From the IMG/VR virus record IMGVR_UViG_3300012919_000005, positions 11,529 to 75,528 of that record: a stretch of 64,000 nt of DNA; one strand, given 5' to 3'. Origin of the DNA: a virus. The notes under the pieces were generated by a model, which saw nothing but the letters and a program-made list of their open reading frames with translations, was not told the DNA's origin and did no database searches. Below are positions 45,975 through 56,477 of the stretch, one piece after another (the first letter of the stretch is position 1; every line of letters begins with the position of its first letter). The translations under genes were made by a program, and so were the position numbers.

Positions 45975-46420
45975 GAAACGAATCATTTTATTTAGTTATA
46001 GGTATATGTGGTTTTATGTATGGCATAATATCACATACTTACTCAAATCTAGAGTATAAAGGTTATGAAAGAAATACTGCATGTTATGGCGAATGTTATG
46101 AAAAATATGTAGAAGAAAATGGCACAGTAGTTGAACAACTACAAGCAAAACAAGCTGCAGCAGCAGAAGACCCTTTCTCTTCAATAAGAGGACTATGGGC
46201 AGGCTGTGCTGCTTGTCACGGACAAAATGGACAGGGTATGGGAATATTTCCTAAACTCGCAGGACAAAGTTCGGAGTATATAGTTGATAGACTTACAACT
46301 TATAAAAATAGAGGAGAAGTAGGAAACATGAGTTCTACAATGTGGGCTCAAGCAGGAATGTTATCTGAGCAAGATATGCAAACAATAGGTAACTTTATTG
46401 AGGAAACTATGAATGAATAG
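45971..46420 (+). CDS. Membrane-anchored monoheme cytochrome c (c553/c4-like)
   Basis: CAACHG heme-binding motif, PKLAGQ, candidate axial Met (STMWAQA); N-terminal TM. Confidence 0.85.
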   Translation: MRNESFYLVIGICGFMYGIISHTYSNLEYKGYERNTACYGECYEKYVEENGTVVEQLQAKQAAAAEDPFSSIRGLWAGCAACHGQNGQGMGIFPKLAGQSSEYIVDRLTTYKNRGEVGNMSSTMWAQAGMLSEQDMQTIGNFIEETMNE

Positions 46421-46871
46421 ATTTAAAGCTCCACCAAATATAGCAACCTTCTTCTTAAGAATACCATTGTCGGCTATGTTTCTTCAGCAGGGACTAAGTA
46501 AGTTACCTGTTGATGGTACAGTTGCCGAAGCATGGGGATTGCCGTATATAGTATGGTGGTTTGTAACTTGGGGAGAGATTGGTGCTGCTGTAGGACTAAT
46601 GGTAGGTGGACTAATAGGACTAATACCTTGGACAGCTAAGCATTTCTTCTTAGCAAGAATAGGTAGACACCACCCTAATTTTAAGTTGATAACTGAAGAG
46701 TTAGGAGACTTAATTACAAGATTTAGTGGTATTACAATGACTTGTATAGCTACTGGGGTCATTTGGATTCTCAGTCCTGCAAGTCTATGGGACGTAATTT
46801 ATAATGACTATTTACATATAAGTTTATATGTTGGTGGTCTTTATTTCGCATTAAGAGGAAATGTAAGATGA
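46413..46871 (+). CDS. DoxX-family membrane protein
   Basis: LRIPLSAMFLQQGLSK...GEIGAAVGL...TRFSG; four TM helices. Confidence 0.7.
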   Translation: MNRFKAPPNIATFFLRIPLSAMFLQQGLSKLPVDGTVAEAWGLPYIVWWFVTWGEIGAAVGLMVGGLIGLIPWTAKHFFLARIGRHHPNFKLITEELGDLITRFSGITMTCIATGVIWILSPASLWDVIYNDYLHISLYVGGLYFALRGNVR

Positions 46872-47077
46872 AGAAAAGAGGATATGAAGAACAACTACAG
46901 TTTAATTTACATAAACCAAGAGACGCAACTCCTAAAGAGTTTGAAGATTGGTATAAAGATGAATTAGAGCCTTGGGGAGAAAAGCAACTATCCATAGTAT
47001 TTGTTATGGCACTAGTACAGTTTTCCGCATTGGCTTTTATGATGCTTTCTTTCTTTGTCATAGGGAGAGGACTATGA
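46868..47077 (+). CDS. Small membrane protein
   Basis: Coupled ORF with a C-terminal TM helix. Confidence 0.5.
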   Translation: MKKRGYEEQLQFNLHKPRDATPKEFEDWYKDELEPWGEKQLSIVFVMALVQFSALAFMMLSFFVIGRGL

Positions 47078-47568
47078 TATATGATGAAATACAGTTTCCA
47101 ATCTATGTTGTCGGCACAGAAGATGTTGACTTAATTGATGGCTTGCTTGTGGCAGATGGACAAGTTATTGATGATAAAAATATGCCTGGCAATAATCTTG
47201 CTATGCGTAGACTCCAGACGCCAATGAAGAGTATTTATCCTCTAAGATTTATGATAGATACAATTCCAGATTTGATACGGCATAGAGGCAAGAGTTATAT
47301 TGATAGTAATGGACAATACTTCTTACTAGAGAAAACAAAGACTGCCTCTATCAAGTATCATAAAATAGGTAAATTAGAGGGCAAGGGTAACGCAGCGTTA
47401 GTTTGGTGTTTAAAAAGTGACGGAATAGATATACCCTTTCCATTCGTTTGTAAAAGACCGCCAAAGTTAGAAGAAACTTGGGCAGGAATACTGTATAGAA
47501 ATGGACTTCCATGGGAATTGTGGGAGTTTGCTACAGAGAAAAAGAGAGACACATGGCGAAAAATTTAA
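47074..47568 (+). CDS. Conserved T5-like hypothetical protein
   Basis: IQFPIY...VIDDKNMPGNNLAMRRLQ; start trimmed from track ORF 46972. Confidence 0.6.
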   Translation: MIYDEIQFPIYVVGTEDVDLIDGLLVADGQVIDDKNMPGNNLAMRRLQTPMKSIYPLRFMIDTIPDLIRHRGKSYIDSNGQYFLLEKTKTASIKYHKIGKLEGKGNAALVWCLKSDGIDIPFPFVCKRPPKLEETWAGILYRNGLPWELWEFATEKKRDTWRKI

Positions 47569-47789
47569 TAGAAGATTTAACAGGTGGACTTTGTCTAGTA
47601 AAGTTTCAAAGTCTAAAGAGAGGTGGAGAAAGGGAAATGGAAATGACTCTTGACCCAGAACAAATACCAAATCATTTTGTAATGAATCAACGAGATGATA
47701 GTGATAAAATTTTAATGTATAACACTACTTTTGAAAAATGGGAAGATATACAACAGGACACAATAATAGAATGGACAAAGCTGTACTAG
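47553..47789 (+). CDS. Hypothetical SH3/WYL-like protein
   Basis: CLVKFQSLK...REMEMTL...WEDI. Confidence 0.5.
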   Translation: MAKNLIEDLTGGLCLVKFQSLKRGGEREMEMTLDPEQIPNHFVMNQRDDSDKILMYNTTFEKWEDIQQDTIIEWTKLY

Positions 47790-49054
47790 CAAATAGAGTA
47801 TTTATGGAAGTTCCTGCCGATGTTCGTGAGAAAATCGACAGAGAATTAACATATGCTATACCGCCAAGAAATCCACAAGATCCGCCTTTCATGATAAAAA
47901 ACATGGGGTATATTCGTGGGGGATTAATTTCCATACCAATTGGAAGATTGGATTTAATCCCAAGTAATTACACGATAGTTGATATGCGAGTAAACAAACC
48001 AATCGACTTTCCTGATTTTGCGTTCACTTTACGAGAATCGCAACAAAAGGTTTATGACGAAGTGCAAGACTGTGCAATAATAAACGCATGGGTTAGCTGG
48101 GGAAAGACTTTTACAGGTTTAGCAATCGCATCAAAACTAAAACAAAAAACATTAGTAGTTGTCCACACAATTGCACTAAGAAATCAGTGGGCAAAAGAAG
48201 TAGAAAAAGTCTTTGGATTTACGCCAGGAATTATTGGAAGTGGAAAGTTTGAAACTGATACTCCGATAGTGATTGGAAATATACAAAGTCTTTATCGTAA
48301 AGTTGATGAAATAAAAAAGGAGTTCGGGACAGTCATACTTGACGAGATGCATCACATCTCAAGCCCGACATTTAGTAGAATTATCGACAAATTACATTGT
48401 CGATATAAAATAGGACTTACAGGAACATTGGAGAGAAAAGATGGAAAGCATGTAGTATTTCGAGATTATTTCGGACAGCATGTACTAAAACCACCAAAAG
48501 AGAACTTCATGACTCCTGTAATTGACATAATTGAGTCAGATGTGCGCTTCCTCGATGGGAATCGCGTACCTTGGGCAAATAGAATAAACCATTTAGTTTC
48601 GCAAGAAGAGTATTTACATAGTGTGGCAATGATTGCTTCGGGCTATGCTGCAAAGGGACACAAAGTTCTGGTAGTAAGTGACCGAGTATCCCTGCTAAAG
48701 ACTTGCGCGAGACTAAGTGGAGAGGCTGCCGTCTGCATTACAGGTGAGCTAGACCAAGAACAGAGAGAAAGTCTTTTAGAAAGTGTACAAACTTCTAAAG
48801 ATATTCTCTATGGCACACAAGCGATATTTTCGGAGGGCATCTCACTTAATGCTCTGAGTTGTCTAGTTTTGGCTACACCTATTAATAACGACCCTTTACT
48901 TACGCAGTTAATCGGCAGAATCGTTCGAAAGCAAGAAGGAAAGAAACAGCCTGTTGTTGTAGACATACACCTAAAAGGTAAAACGGCTACAAGACAGGCG
49001 AAGGCTCGATATGGCTTTTACATGAAACAGGGCTATGAGATACGAATTTTATAG
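47738..49054 (+). CDS. SF2 DNA helicase (T5 D10-like; likely start 47771)
   Basis: SWGKT, DEMHH, GLTGT, QLIGRIVR motifs. Confidence 0.9.
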   Translation: MGRYTTGHNNRMDKAVLANRVFMEVPADVREKIDRELTYAIPPRNPQDPPFMIKNMGYIRGGLISIPIGRLDLIPSNYTIVDMRVNKPIDFPDFAFTLRESQQKVYDEVQDCAIINAWVSWGKTFTGLAIASKLKQKTLVVVHTIALRNQWAKEVEKVFGFTPGIIGSGKFETDTPIVIGNIQSLYRKVDEIKKEFGTVILDEMHHISSPTFSRIIDKLHCRYKIGLTGTLERKDGKHVVFRDYFGQHVLKPPKENFMTPVIDIIESDVRFLDGNRVPWANRINHLVSQEEYLHSVAMIASGYAAKGHKVLVVSDRVSLLKTCARLSGEAAVCITGELDQEQRESLLESVQTSKDILYGTQAIFSEGISLNALSCLVLATPINNDPLLTQLIGRIVRKQEGKKQPVVVDIHLKGKTATRQAKARYGFYMKQGYEIRIL

Positions 49055-49118
49055 TCTAGGTAACAAAGTAGGTCAGAAAAATAATGCTTGACACAAGTTC
49101 AAATTTTTGTTATAATAT

Positions 49119-49529
49119 ATGATATTGTATAATTGGAAAAAGATTCTAAAAGAGACAAACGGTAGTGTAAAAGATGTCATGGTCATTCTTGACATTTTAA
49201 CTCACAGAATACCGCCATCAAATTACTACGACCCCAAGTTCAAATTCTGGACGAAAAAATGGGGTGGGCGTAGTTATCTCTTGAATCCACAAGCATTATT
49301 TATACAACGGAATTTATATTCCGATAGAGAGATTGTGGAATATGCTGGTGTCGCTTCATTCCGCAACTATAACAATTATGTTAGAACAAAAGACACCACA
49401 CTGGACCTCATTATGTACCCACTTAGTGAGGATATAATAACAAATAATAGATTACTTTGGATTGAAAATGATAAGATACATTTTAAGTTCGAAGAAATCA
49501 CAGACCTAAAGGAATTAAAATGGCAATAA
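49119..49529 (+). CDS. Conserved T5-like hypothetical protein
   Basis: Between D10 and D11; promoter TTGACA-17-TATAAT at 49088-49116. Confidence 0.55.
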   Translation: MILYNWKKILKETNGSVKDVMVILDILTHRIPPSNYYDPKFKFWTKKWGGRSYLLNPQALFIQRNLYSDREIVEYAGVASFRNYNNYVRTKDTTLDLIMYPLSEDIITNNRLLWIENDKIHFKFEEITDLKELKWQ

Positions 49530-50152
49530 AATTTAATCAAACTAAAGGCGAAGCAAGAAAAGAGAAACTTGACTCTTATGTATACACAGGAAAAGAAGAC
49601 CACCATGTAAGACTAGTGGGCGACTTACTTCCAAGATATGTATACTGGGTAAAAGGTGAGAACGGTAAAAATATACCTATGGAATGTCTTGCTTTCGATA
49701 GAAACACAGAAACATTTAACAATGCTGAGAAAGACCATGTTCAATCATACTTTCCTGATTTAAAATGTGGCTGGTCATACGCTATACAATGTATAGATTA
49801 CGGCGACAACAAAGTAAAAATCTTCAACCTAAAGAAGAAGTTATTCGAACAACTTACTGTCGCTATGGAAGACTTAGGTGACCCAACAGATTTTGAGACT
49901 GGTTGGGACGTTTTCTTCAAAAGAAAGAAAACAGGGCCAAATGCTTACAATGTTGAGTATCAACTACAAGCATTAAAATGTAAAGTAAGACCGTTAAACG
50001 AAGATGAGTTATCATTAGTTGAAAACTTAAAATCTATGGACGAAGTATTACCAAGACCTACACCTGAAATTCAATTGGATTTACTCAAAAAGATAACACA
50101 AGCTGATGATGATATGGACGATTCTGTATCTGACGAGTTTGATGTTGCGTAG
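49520..50152 (+). CDS. ssDNA-binding protein (T5 D11-like)
   Basis: VRLVG..LPRYVYW, LGDPTD..TGWD, KTGP..YNVEY, acidic C-terminal tail. Confidence 0.8.
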   Translation: MAIKFNQTKGEARKEKLDSYVYTGKEDHHVRLVGDLLPRYVYWVKGENGKNIPMECLAFDRNTETFNNAEKDHVQSYFPDLKCGWSYAIQCIDYGDNKVKIFNLKKKLFEQLTVAMEDLGDPTDFETGWDVFFKRKKTGPNAYNVEYQLQALKCKVRPLNEDELSLVENLKSMDEVLPRPTPEIQLDLLKKITQADDDMDDSVSDEFDVA

Positions 50153-50161
50153 GAGACTGAT

Positions 50162-50701
50162 ATGATTGGAGTTGGAGAAAAATTTCCCGAGTTCGAAATG
50201 AATGGAGTAATCGGTAGTGGCGGTAATGCAGATTTACCTGACCATGACTTCTGTACTGTAAACAGTTGGGGGTTGACAGATTGGTCTATCATTTATTTTT
50301 ATCCAAAAGATTTTACATTTATCTGTCCAACAGAAATTGTAGCTATGGATAAGTTAATGAACGAAACAACTGACATCATTGGTGTTAGTGGAGATAATGA
50401 ATACTGCAAATTTGCATGGAGAACAGCAGATGAACACCATGACTTATATGCGGTAGAACACGTCTTAGCTGCAGACTGTGGTCTTAAGTTAGCTTCAGAA
50501 CTAGGAATAGTAAATGAAGACGAAGGAGTTTGCTACAGAGCAACTTACATACTTGACCCAGAAGGAATCATAAGACATGTATCAGTCAACGAACTTGACA
50601 CAGGAAGAAATGCGGAAGAGATTAGAAGAACTCTTAAAGCACTTAAAGCTGGTGGACTCACTGGTTGTGCATGGGAAGAAGGAGATGATTTCGTAGCATG
50701 A
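50162..50701 (+). CDS. Peroxiredoxin (AhpC)
   Basis: YFYPKDFTFICPTEI, RATYILDPEG, GRNAEE. Confidence 0.92.
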   Translation: MIGVGEKFPEFEMNGVIGSGGNADLPDHDFCTVNSWGLTDWSIIYFYPKDFTFICPTEIVAMDKLMNETTDIIGVSGDNEYCKFAWRTADEHHDLYAVEHVLAADCGLKLASELGIVNEDEGVCYRATYILDPEGIIRHVSVNELDTGRNAEEIRRTLKALKAGGLTGCAWEEGDDFVA

Positions 50702-51660
50702 TTCTATTTACTGCAGATTGGCATATAAAACTAGGGCAAAAGAATGTACCGATGGAATGGGCTTGTAGTAGATACAAGCTATTCTTCGACCAAATCTATG
50801 ACTTAGAGAAGAATGTTAATCTGCATATCATTGGTGGGGACTTATTCGACCGAGTCCCCTCAATGGACGAGTTAACGCTCTACTTTGATTTTGTAAAAGG
50901 TGTTACTGTGGAAACTATTATATTTGATGGTAACCATGAAGCAACTCGTAAAAACAGAACATTTTTTACAAACTTAAAAAGAGTTACAGAAGAACTCAAT
51001 CCTTTAGTACAAGTTGTAGATACTACATGGTACTTAGGAACGGAAGGCAAAGCTGCAATATTACCGTATGCTGAACTTCACAAGAAAAACAGTATAGAAT
51101 CTATAGATGATACTGTAGAGTATTTATTTACTCACGTTCGTGGAGAGATACCTCCCCATGTAACACCCGAAGTAGATTTAGAAAGATTTGACAAGTTTAA
51201 ACTTGTTTTTGCAGGAGACTTACATGCACATGAGAACACTCAGAGAAACATTGTCTATCCTGGAAGTCCAATGTCTACTTCGTTTCATAGAAATGAAATC
51301 AAGACTGGTTATCTCTTAATTGATGATGACTGGTCTTGGACATGGCATAAGTTTGACATGCCACAGCTTTATCGAAAGACTGTGACAGACCCAGCAGACA
51401 TGATACCTACAGATTTTCATCATACAATATATGAAATAGAAGGAGATGTTACTGACTTAGCAAACATTAAAAATTCAGAGTTGCTGGATAAAAAATTATT
51501 AAAAAAGACAAGTGAATCTACTCTTGCTCTACTAAAAGAAATGAGTATAGAAGAAGAACTTGCACTATACTTTACAGAAGTATTGAATTTAGAAAAAGAT
51601 AAAATAAGCAAAATTATAGGAGTATTTAGTGATTATTCTAAAGAAGTTGACATGGAGTAA
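50698..51660 (+). CDS. SbcD/Mre11-like nuclease (T5 D12-like)
   Basis: TADWH, GGDLFD, GNHE, AGDLH, YPGSP. Confidence 0.9.
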   Translation: MILFTADWHIKLGQKNVPMEWACSRYKLFFDQIYDLEKNVNLHIIGGDLFDRVPSMDELTLYFDFVKGVTVETIIFDGNHEATRKNRTFFTNLKRVTEELNPLVQVVDTTWYLGTEGKAAILPYAELHKKNSIESIDDTVEYLFTHVRGEIPPHVTPEVDLERFDKFKLVFAGDLHAHENTQRNIVYPGSPMSTSFHRNEIKTGYLLIDDDWSWTWHKFDMPQLYRKTVTDPADMIPTDFHHTIYEIEGDVTDLANIKNSELLDKKLLKKTSESTLALLKEMSIEEELALYFTEVLNLEKDKISKIIGVFSDYSKEVDME

Positions 51661-53446
51661 CTGCTTCTCGTACGGAGAAAATGTAGAGCTTGATTTAACA
51701 AACTCTACTCTTACGCAGTTAGTAGGAACAAATGGTGTCGGTAAGTCATCTATTCCACTAATATTAGAAGAGGTATTATTCAACAAAAACAGTAAAGGTG
51801 TTAAAAAAGCTGATATTCCTAATAGATATGCAAACAAAGGATATAGTATAAATCTTACTTTCTCTGTAGATGAAGATGATTACGAGATAGATGTAAATAG
51901 AAAAACTAGTATAAAGTGTAAATTACTAAAAAATGGAAAAGACATATCTTCGCATACAGCAACAAATACATATAAAACAGTAGAAGAGCTATTAAAATTA
52001 GATTTTAAGACATTTACACAGTTAGTATATCAAAATACTAATGCAAGTTTGCAGTTTTTAACTGCCACAGATACTAACCGTAAAAAGTTCTTGATTGACT
52101 TATTGAACTTAGACCAATATGTAGATTTTTTTGAAGTGTTTAAAGAAGAAACAAGGCTTTCATCTCAGCAATTGTCACACCTAAATGGAAGATCAGAACA
52201 AATTGTTTCATGGTTACAAGACAACAAATCGATGGATATGACACTACTATCAAAAGTGGATTTACCAAAAATCTCGGAAGAAGATGAAGAAACTTTACGT
52301 TCACTATTAATAGAAATTGAAAATATCTCTGAAAATAACAGAAAAATTTTAGCAAATGAAAATTATAAACAAGCGTTAAAAGAAATCAGTATTTCCCAGT
52401 ACCAGAATCTTGTAGCAAACGGAAAGATTGAAGATACAAAATTAAAAAGAGAAAGTCTAGGAACATGGAAGTCAGAACTATCTCGTGAAGTAAGTATGAG
52501 AAGTAAGTATGAAAACTTAAAAAATAGTGAAGATGCAGAGTGTCCAACTTGTGAACAACCAATTGATATGGAATTTATAGAACAACAGTATCAAGAACAT
52601 AATAAGTCAGCAAAGTATATTAGTGATGAAATAAAGAAAATAAGTGAAAAACTAGAAGAAATGGAACAAAATAATAGGGTACTAAAACACGCAGAACAAC
52701 AAATAGATGAATGGGAAAGATTATATAAGAGTATAGACCAATCCTTGCCGACAAAGACCGCAATAAAAGATGAATTAGAAGATAAAGTAACAATAATAAA
52801 AACTAAAATACAAGCGGAAAGAGGAGCATTGGAAGATGCAATAGCAGAAAATACTCGAATAGAAAGACATAACACTAAAATAGGTATCTGGCAAGAACAG
52901 AGTGAAGGATATGAAAAACAATTAGAAGAAGTTACTTCCAGCACAATAGAAGAAGAAGAAAGAAATACTTATTTAGAAGTGTTGAAAAAAGCATTTAGTA
53001 CAAATGGACTACTTGCTTATAAAATAGAAAGTCTTGTAAAAGACTTAGAAGAATTAGCAAACAAATATTTAGCAGAACTTTCTGATGGTAGATTTAATTT
53101 ACAATTTGTAATTAACAATGATAAATTAAATGTAGAAGTAGATGACAACGGTAAAGCAGTAGAAATACTAGCACTCTCTAGTGGAGAGTTAGCCAGAGTT
53201 AATATTGCTACTCTTATTGCTATCAGAAAATTAATGGCAAGTATATCAAAGTCAAGAATAAATATCTTATTCTTAGATGAGGTAACTCAGGCTCTTGATG
53301 AACAAGGAAAAGAAAAAGTAGTTGAAGTATTATTGGGAGAAGATAATTTAAATACTTTTATGGTTTCACATGGTTGGACACACCCTTTACTTGCAAAAAT
53401 AGAAGTTATAAAAGAAAATAATATGAGTTATTTAAATGACGGATAG
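51629..53446 (+). CDS. SbcC/Rad50-like ATPase (T5 D13-like)
   Basis: GTNGVGKS, CPTC zinc hook, LSSGE, LFLDE. Confidence 0.92.
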   Translation: MIILKKLTWSNCFSYGENVELDLTNSTLTQLVGTNGVGKSSIPLILEEVLFNKNSKGVKKADIPNRYANKGYSINLTFSVDEDDYEIDVNRKTSIKCKLLKNGKDISSHTATNTYKTVEELLKLDFKTFTQLVYQNTNASLQFLTATDTNRKKFLIDLLNLDQYVDFFEVFKEETRLSSQQLSHLNGRSEQIVSWLQDNKSMDMTLLSKVDLPKISEEDEETLRSLLIEIENISENNRKILANENYKQALKEISISQYQNLVANGKIEDTKLKRESLGTWKSELSREVSMRSKYENLKNSEDAECPTCEQPIDMEFIEQQYQEHNKSAKYISDEIKKISEKLEEMEQNNRVLKHAEQQIDEWERLYKSIDQSLPTKTAIKDELEDKVTIIKTKIQAERGALEDAIAENTRIERHNTKIGIWQEQSEGYEKQLEEVTSSTIEEEERNTYLEVLKKAFSTNGLLAYKIESLVKDLEELANKYLAELSDGRFNLQFVINNDKLNVEVDDNGKAVEILALSSGELARVNIATLIAIRKLMASISKSRINILFLDEVTQALDEQGKEKVVEVLLGEDNLNTFMVSHGWTHPLLAKIEVIKENNMSYLNDG

Positions 53447-53930
53447 TAGAGCAAAAGGAGCTAGAGGAGAATACTTAGTAAGAGATATGCTTCGTAGGCA
53501 TGCAGGGTTGGAGTTCGAAAGAATTCCATCATCTGGTGCCTTACATTACCTTAAAGGAGATATATATGTTCCACACAAACACAATCTCTTTTGTATAGAA
53601 GTAAAGAATTATAAAGATTCACATTTTAACGATAAAGTATTTACTAGTAAAAGTAACCAATGGATAAAGTGGTGGAGTAAACTTTGTAAACAGGCACAAG
53701 CTGGAGAACAAGAACCACTATTATTCTTTAAATACAATAGGTCTAAAATATTTGTAGCTACAGTACGCAAACCAAAGGTTTGCAAGAGATATATGTATGT
53801 CAACTGGGTAGGAGCGTATGTAGCTCTTGCTGAAGATTGGCTAGAATTAGAAAAGGTGGAATTTACAAATGGCGATAAAATTTACAGACCATGGGAACCC
53901 GATACCGAATGGGAACTTGCTGATAGTTGA
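53436..53930 (+). CDS. Holliday junction resolvase-like PD-(D/E)xK nuclease (T5 D14-like)
   Basis: SRAKGARGE...SGA...GD...IEVKNY. Confidence 0.8.
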   Translation: MTDSRAKGARGEYLVRDMLRRHAGLEFERIPSSGALHYLKGDIYVPHKHNLFCIEVKNYKDSHFNDKVFTSKSNQWIKWWSKLCKQAQAGEQEPLLFFKYNRSKIFVATVRKPKVCKRYMYVNWVGAYVALAEDWLELEKVEFTNGDKIYRPWEPDTEWELADS

Positions 53931-54708
53931 TGGTTTCAACATTATTTGGCGATGGGTTCATGCAAAAAAATTAGATTTTCAGTTTGACTTTATTCGAACT
54001 GTAGAATCACTAGCAAAATCCTACGATTGCGGAGGAATTGTTGTGCTTGGAGATGGTGGTAGCCACTATCGAAAAGATATTTACCCTGAATATAAAGCAA
54101 ATAGAAGGGAAAAATTAGCAGACCAAACAGAAGAAGAGGCTGCACAATTCCAAGAAATCTTAGAGGAGTTTGATTTAAGTCTAAAAAGTTTTCAAGAAAG
54201 AGGAATACCAACACTTCGCTTTGGCGGAGTAGAAGCAGATGACATTGCTGCTTACATAGTTCAAAAAAGAAAAGACTATAACATAAATGATATTTGGTTG
54301 ATTTCTTCTGACAAAGACTGGGACTTACTAGTGCAACAAGGAGTTTCTAGATTCTCGACAGTTACGAGAAAAGAAACAACAATCGATAACTGGGACGAAC
54401 ATTATGATGTTGAACCTGAAATGTATTTAACTTATAAATGCTTAACAGGGGATAAAGGAGATAATATTCCAGGAATCAGAGGAGTTGGTCCAAAAAGAGC
54501 AACTCAATTAATACAACAATATGGCGATATTTATGACATATACAACTCATGTCCTTTAGAAAGTCGTTATAAGTTTGTACAAGAACTAAATAATAATAAA
54601 GAACAGTTGTTACTGAATGTAGAATTGATGGATTTACAAGAATATTCAGAAACAGCATTAGGTAAACATACAAGAGTTGTAGACGATATTATAGGAAATT
54701 ACATATGA
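53869..54708 (+). CDS. 5'-3' flap endonuclease (T5 D15-like)
   Basis: LIVDG, YKANR, EADD, SSDKD, GDKGDNIPGIRGVGPKRA. Confidence 0.92.
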   Translation: MAIKFTDHGNPIPNGNLLIVDGFNIIWRWVHAKKLDFQFDFIRTVESLAKSYDCGGIVVLGDGGSHYRKDIYPEYKANRREKLADQTEEEAAQFQEILEEFDLSLKSFQERGIPTLRFGGVEADDIAAYIVQKRKDYNINDIWLISSDKDWDLLVQQGVSRFSTVTRKETTIDNWDEHYDVEPEMYLTYKCLTGDKGDNIPGIRGVGPKRATQLIQQYGDIYDIYNSCPLESRYKFVQELNNNKEQLLLNVELMDLQEYSETALGKHTRVVDDIIGNYI

Positions 54709-56477
54709 TAAAATTAGATTACAGTAGAGACAAGTTACTAAGTGATTTTAGTAAAATAACTTTAAGAGATAGATATATGTTGCCAGGGGAGGATTCTCCG
54801 CAGGAAGCATTTGCACGAGCTGCAGAAGCTTTTGCTGATGATGAAGACCATGCACAAAGAATCTATGATTATGCAAGTAATCTATGGTTTATGTTTGCAA
54901 CACCAGTTCTTTCAAATGGCGGAACAAAAAGAGGTCTGCCAATAAGTTGTTTTCTAAATTACGTAGATGACAGCAGAGAGGGAATAACAGGGCATTATAC
55001 AGAAAATGCTTTTTTATCCTCTTTTGGTGGTGGAATCGGTGGATATTGGGGAGATGTTCGTTCTTCAGGAACTAAAACATCTAAAGGCTCAGAATCTACA
55101 GGTATCATACCATTTTTAAAGGTTGTAGATGCAGAAATGTTAGCATTTTCACAAGGTGTAACTAGACGGGGTAGTTATGCTGGGTATCTCAATATTGACC
55201 ACCCCGAAATCGAGGAATTTTTAGATGTTAGAAAACCTACTGGTGGGGATAGTAACCGTAAGTGTCTTAATTTACATCATGGGATTATCGTCTCGGACAG
55301 ATTCATGGAAACAATCCACCTCGCCACAAAAGAACCAGGATACGACGACTCGTGGGAGTTAATTGATCCTCATAGTGGAGAAGTGAAGAAGACTGTCTCA
55401 GCAAAGGCATTATGGGTAAAAATACTTCAAAACAGAATGGAAACAGGAGAGCCATATATTATGTTCGAAGAAGCGGTGAATAATGATTTACCCCACTTTC
55501 AACAAAATAAAGGTTTAAGAGTAAATCAGAGTAATCTTTGTTCAGAAATAACACTTGCAACAAACGAAGAAAGAACAGCTGTATGTTGTCTTTCTAGTGT
55601 TAATTTAGAGTATTATGATGAATGGAAAAAGATACCTGCATTTATTCCTGATTTAATTAGATTTCTAGACAATGTTTTGGAGTCTTTTATAGAAACAGCC
55701 CCCAGAGAACTAAAAAGAGCTAGATATAGTGCTAAAAGAGAAAGAAGTATTGGTCTCGGTGCCATGGGATTCCATGCGTACTTACAGAAAAATATGGTTT
55801 CGTTTGAGAGCGCAGTTGCGGCTGCACTTAATGAGGAAATATTCTCTGGTATTAAAGATTTAGCAGATAAAGAGACTAGAAGACTAGCAGTTGAGAGAGG
55901 AGCTTGTCCAGATGATGATTCTTGTACAGTAAGAAATGCACATCTACTTGCTATTGCTCCCAATGCTTCTTCTAGTATTCTTTGTGGAAACACAAGTCCA
56001 AGTATAGAACCTTTTAGAGCAAATGCTTTTAACCAAAAAACTAAATCTGGCTCTAATTTGTTAAAAAATAAGTATTTGGACGAATTATTAATGAAGAAAA
56101 TAGGACACGCTGACTTATACAATGAAACTTGGAGAAGTATAGTTGTAAATAAAGGTAGTGTTCAACATCTTGATTGTTTATCAGAACATGAAAAAGATGT
56201 ATTTAAAACAGCGGTAGAGATAAATCAAGCCTGGGTAATAGAACATGCAGCTGAAAGACAACAGCATATATGTCAGTCTCAAAGTCTTAATTTATTTTTC
56301 CCGCCAGACGTTAACAAAGGAGATTTACATAATATCCATATGTTAGCATGGGCAAAAAATTTAAAAACGCTTTACTATTTGAGGTCGGAAGCTATATCAA
56401 GAGCTGATGAAGTATCTAGTCAAGCTAAGAGAGAAATAATCTTTGAGCAATCAGATTGTTTAAGTTGTGAGGGATAA
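54705..56477 (+). CDS. nrdA: Ribonucleotide reductase class I alpha subunit
   Basis: LPISCF, SNLCSEI, VCCLSS, AIAPNASSS, KTLYY, C-terminal CLSCEG; no ATP cone. Confidence 0.95.
   Translation: MIKLDYSRDKLLSDFSKITLRDRYMLPGEDSPQEAFARAAEAFADDEDHAQRIYDYASNLWFMFATPVLSNGGTKRGLPISCFLNYVDDSREGITGHYTENAFLSSFGGGIGGYWGDVRSSGTKTSKGSESTGIIPFLKVVDAEMLAFSQGVTRRGSYAGYLNIDHPEIEEFLDVRKPTGGDSNRKCLNLHHGIIVSDRFMETIHLATKEPGYDDSWELIDPHSGEVKKTVSAKALWVKILQNRMETGEPYIMFEEAVNNDLPHFQQNKGLRVNQSNLCSEITLATNEERTAVCCLSSVNLEYYDEWKKIPAFIPDLIRFLDNVLESFIETAPRELKRARYSAKRERSIGLGAMGFHAYLQKNMVSFESAVAAALNEEIFSGIKDLADKETRRLAVERGACPDDDSCTVRNAHLLAIAPNASSSILCGNTSPSIEPFRANAFNQKTKSGSNLLKNKYLDELLMKKIGHADLYNETWRSIVVNKGSVQHLDCLSEHEKDVFKTAVEINQAWVIEHAAERQQHICQSQSLNLFFPPDVNKGDLHNIHMLAWAKNLKTLYYLRSEAISRADEVSSQAKREIIFEQSDCLSCEG

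Noticed and set aside
55613-56122. 169-aa minus-strand ORF and similar antisense ORFs inside large genes
   Set aside because: Fully antisense to well-supported genes such as nrdA; no RBS or motifs
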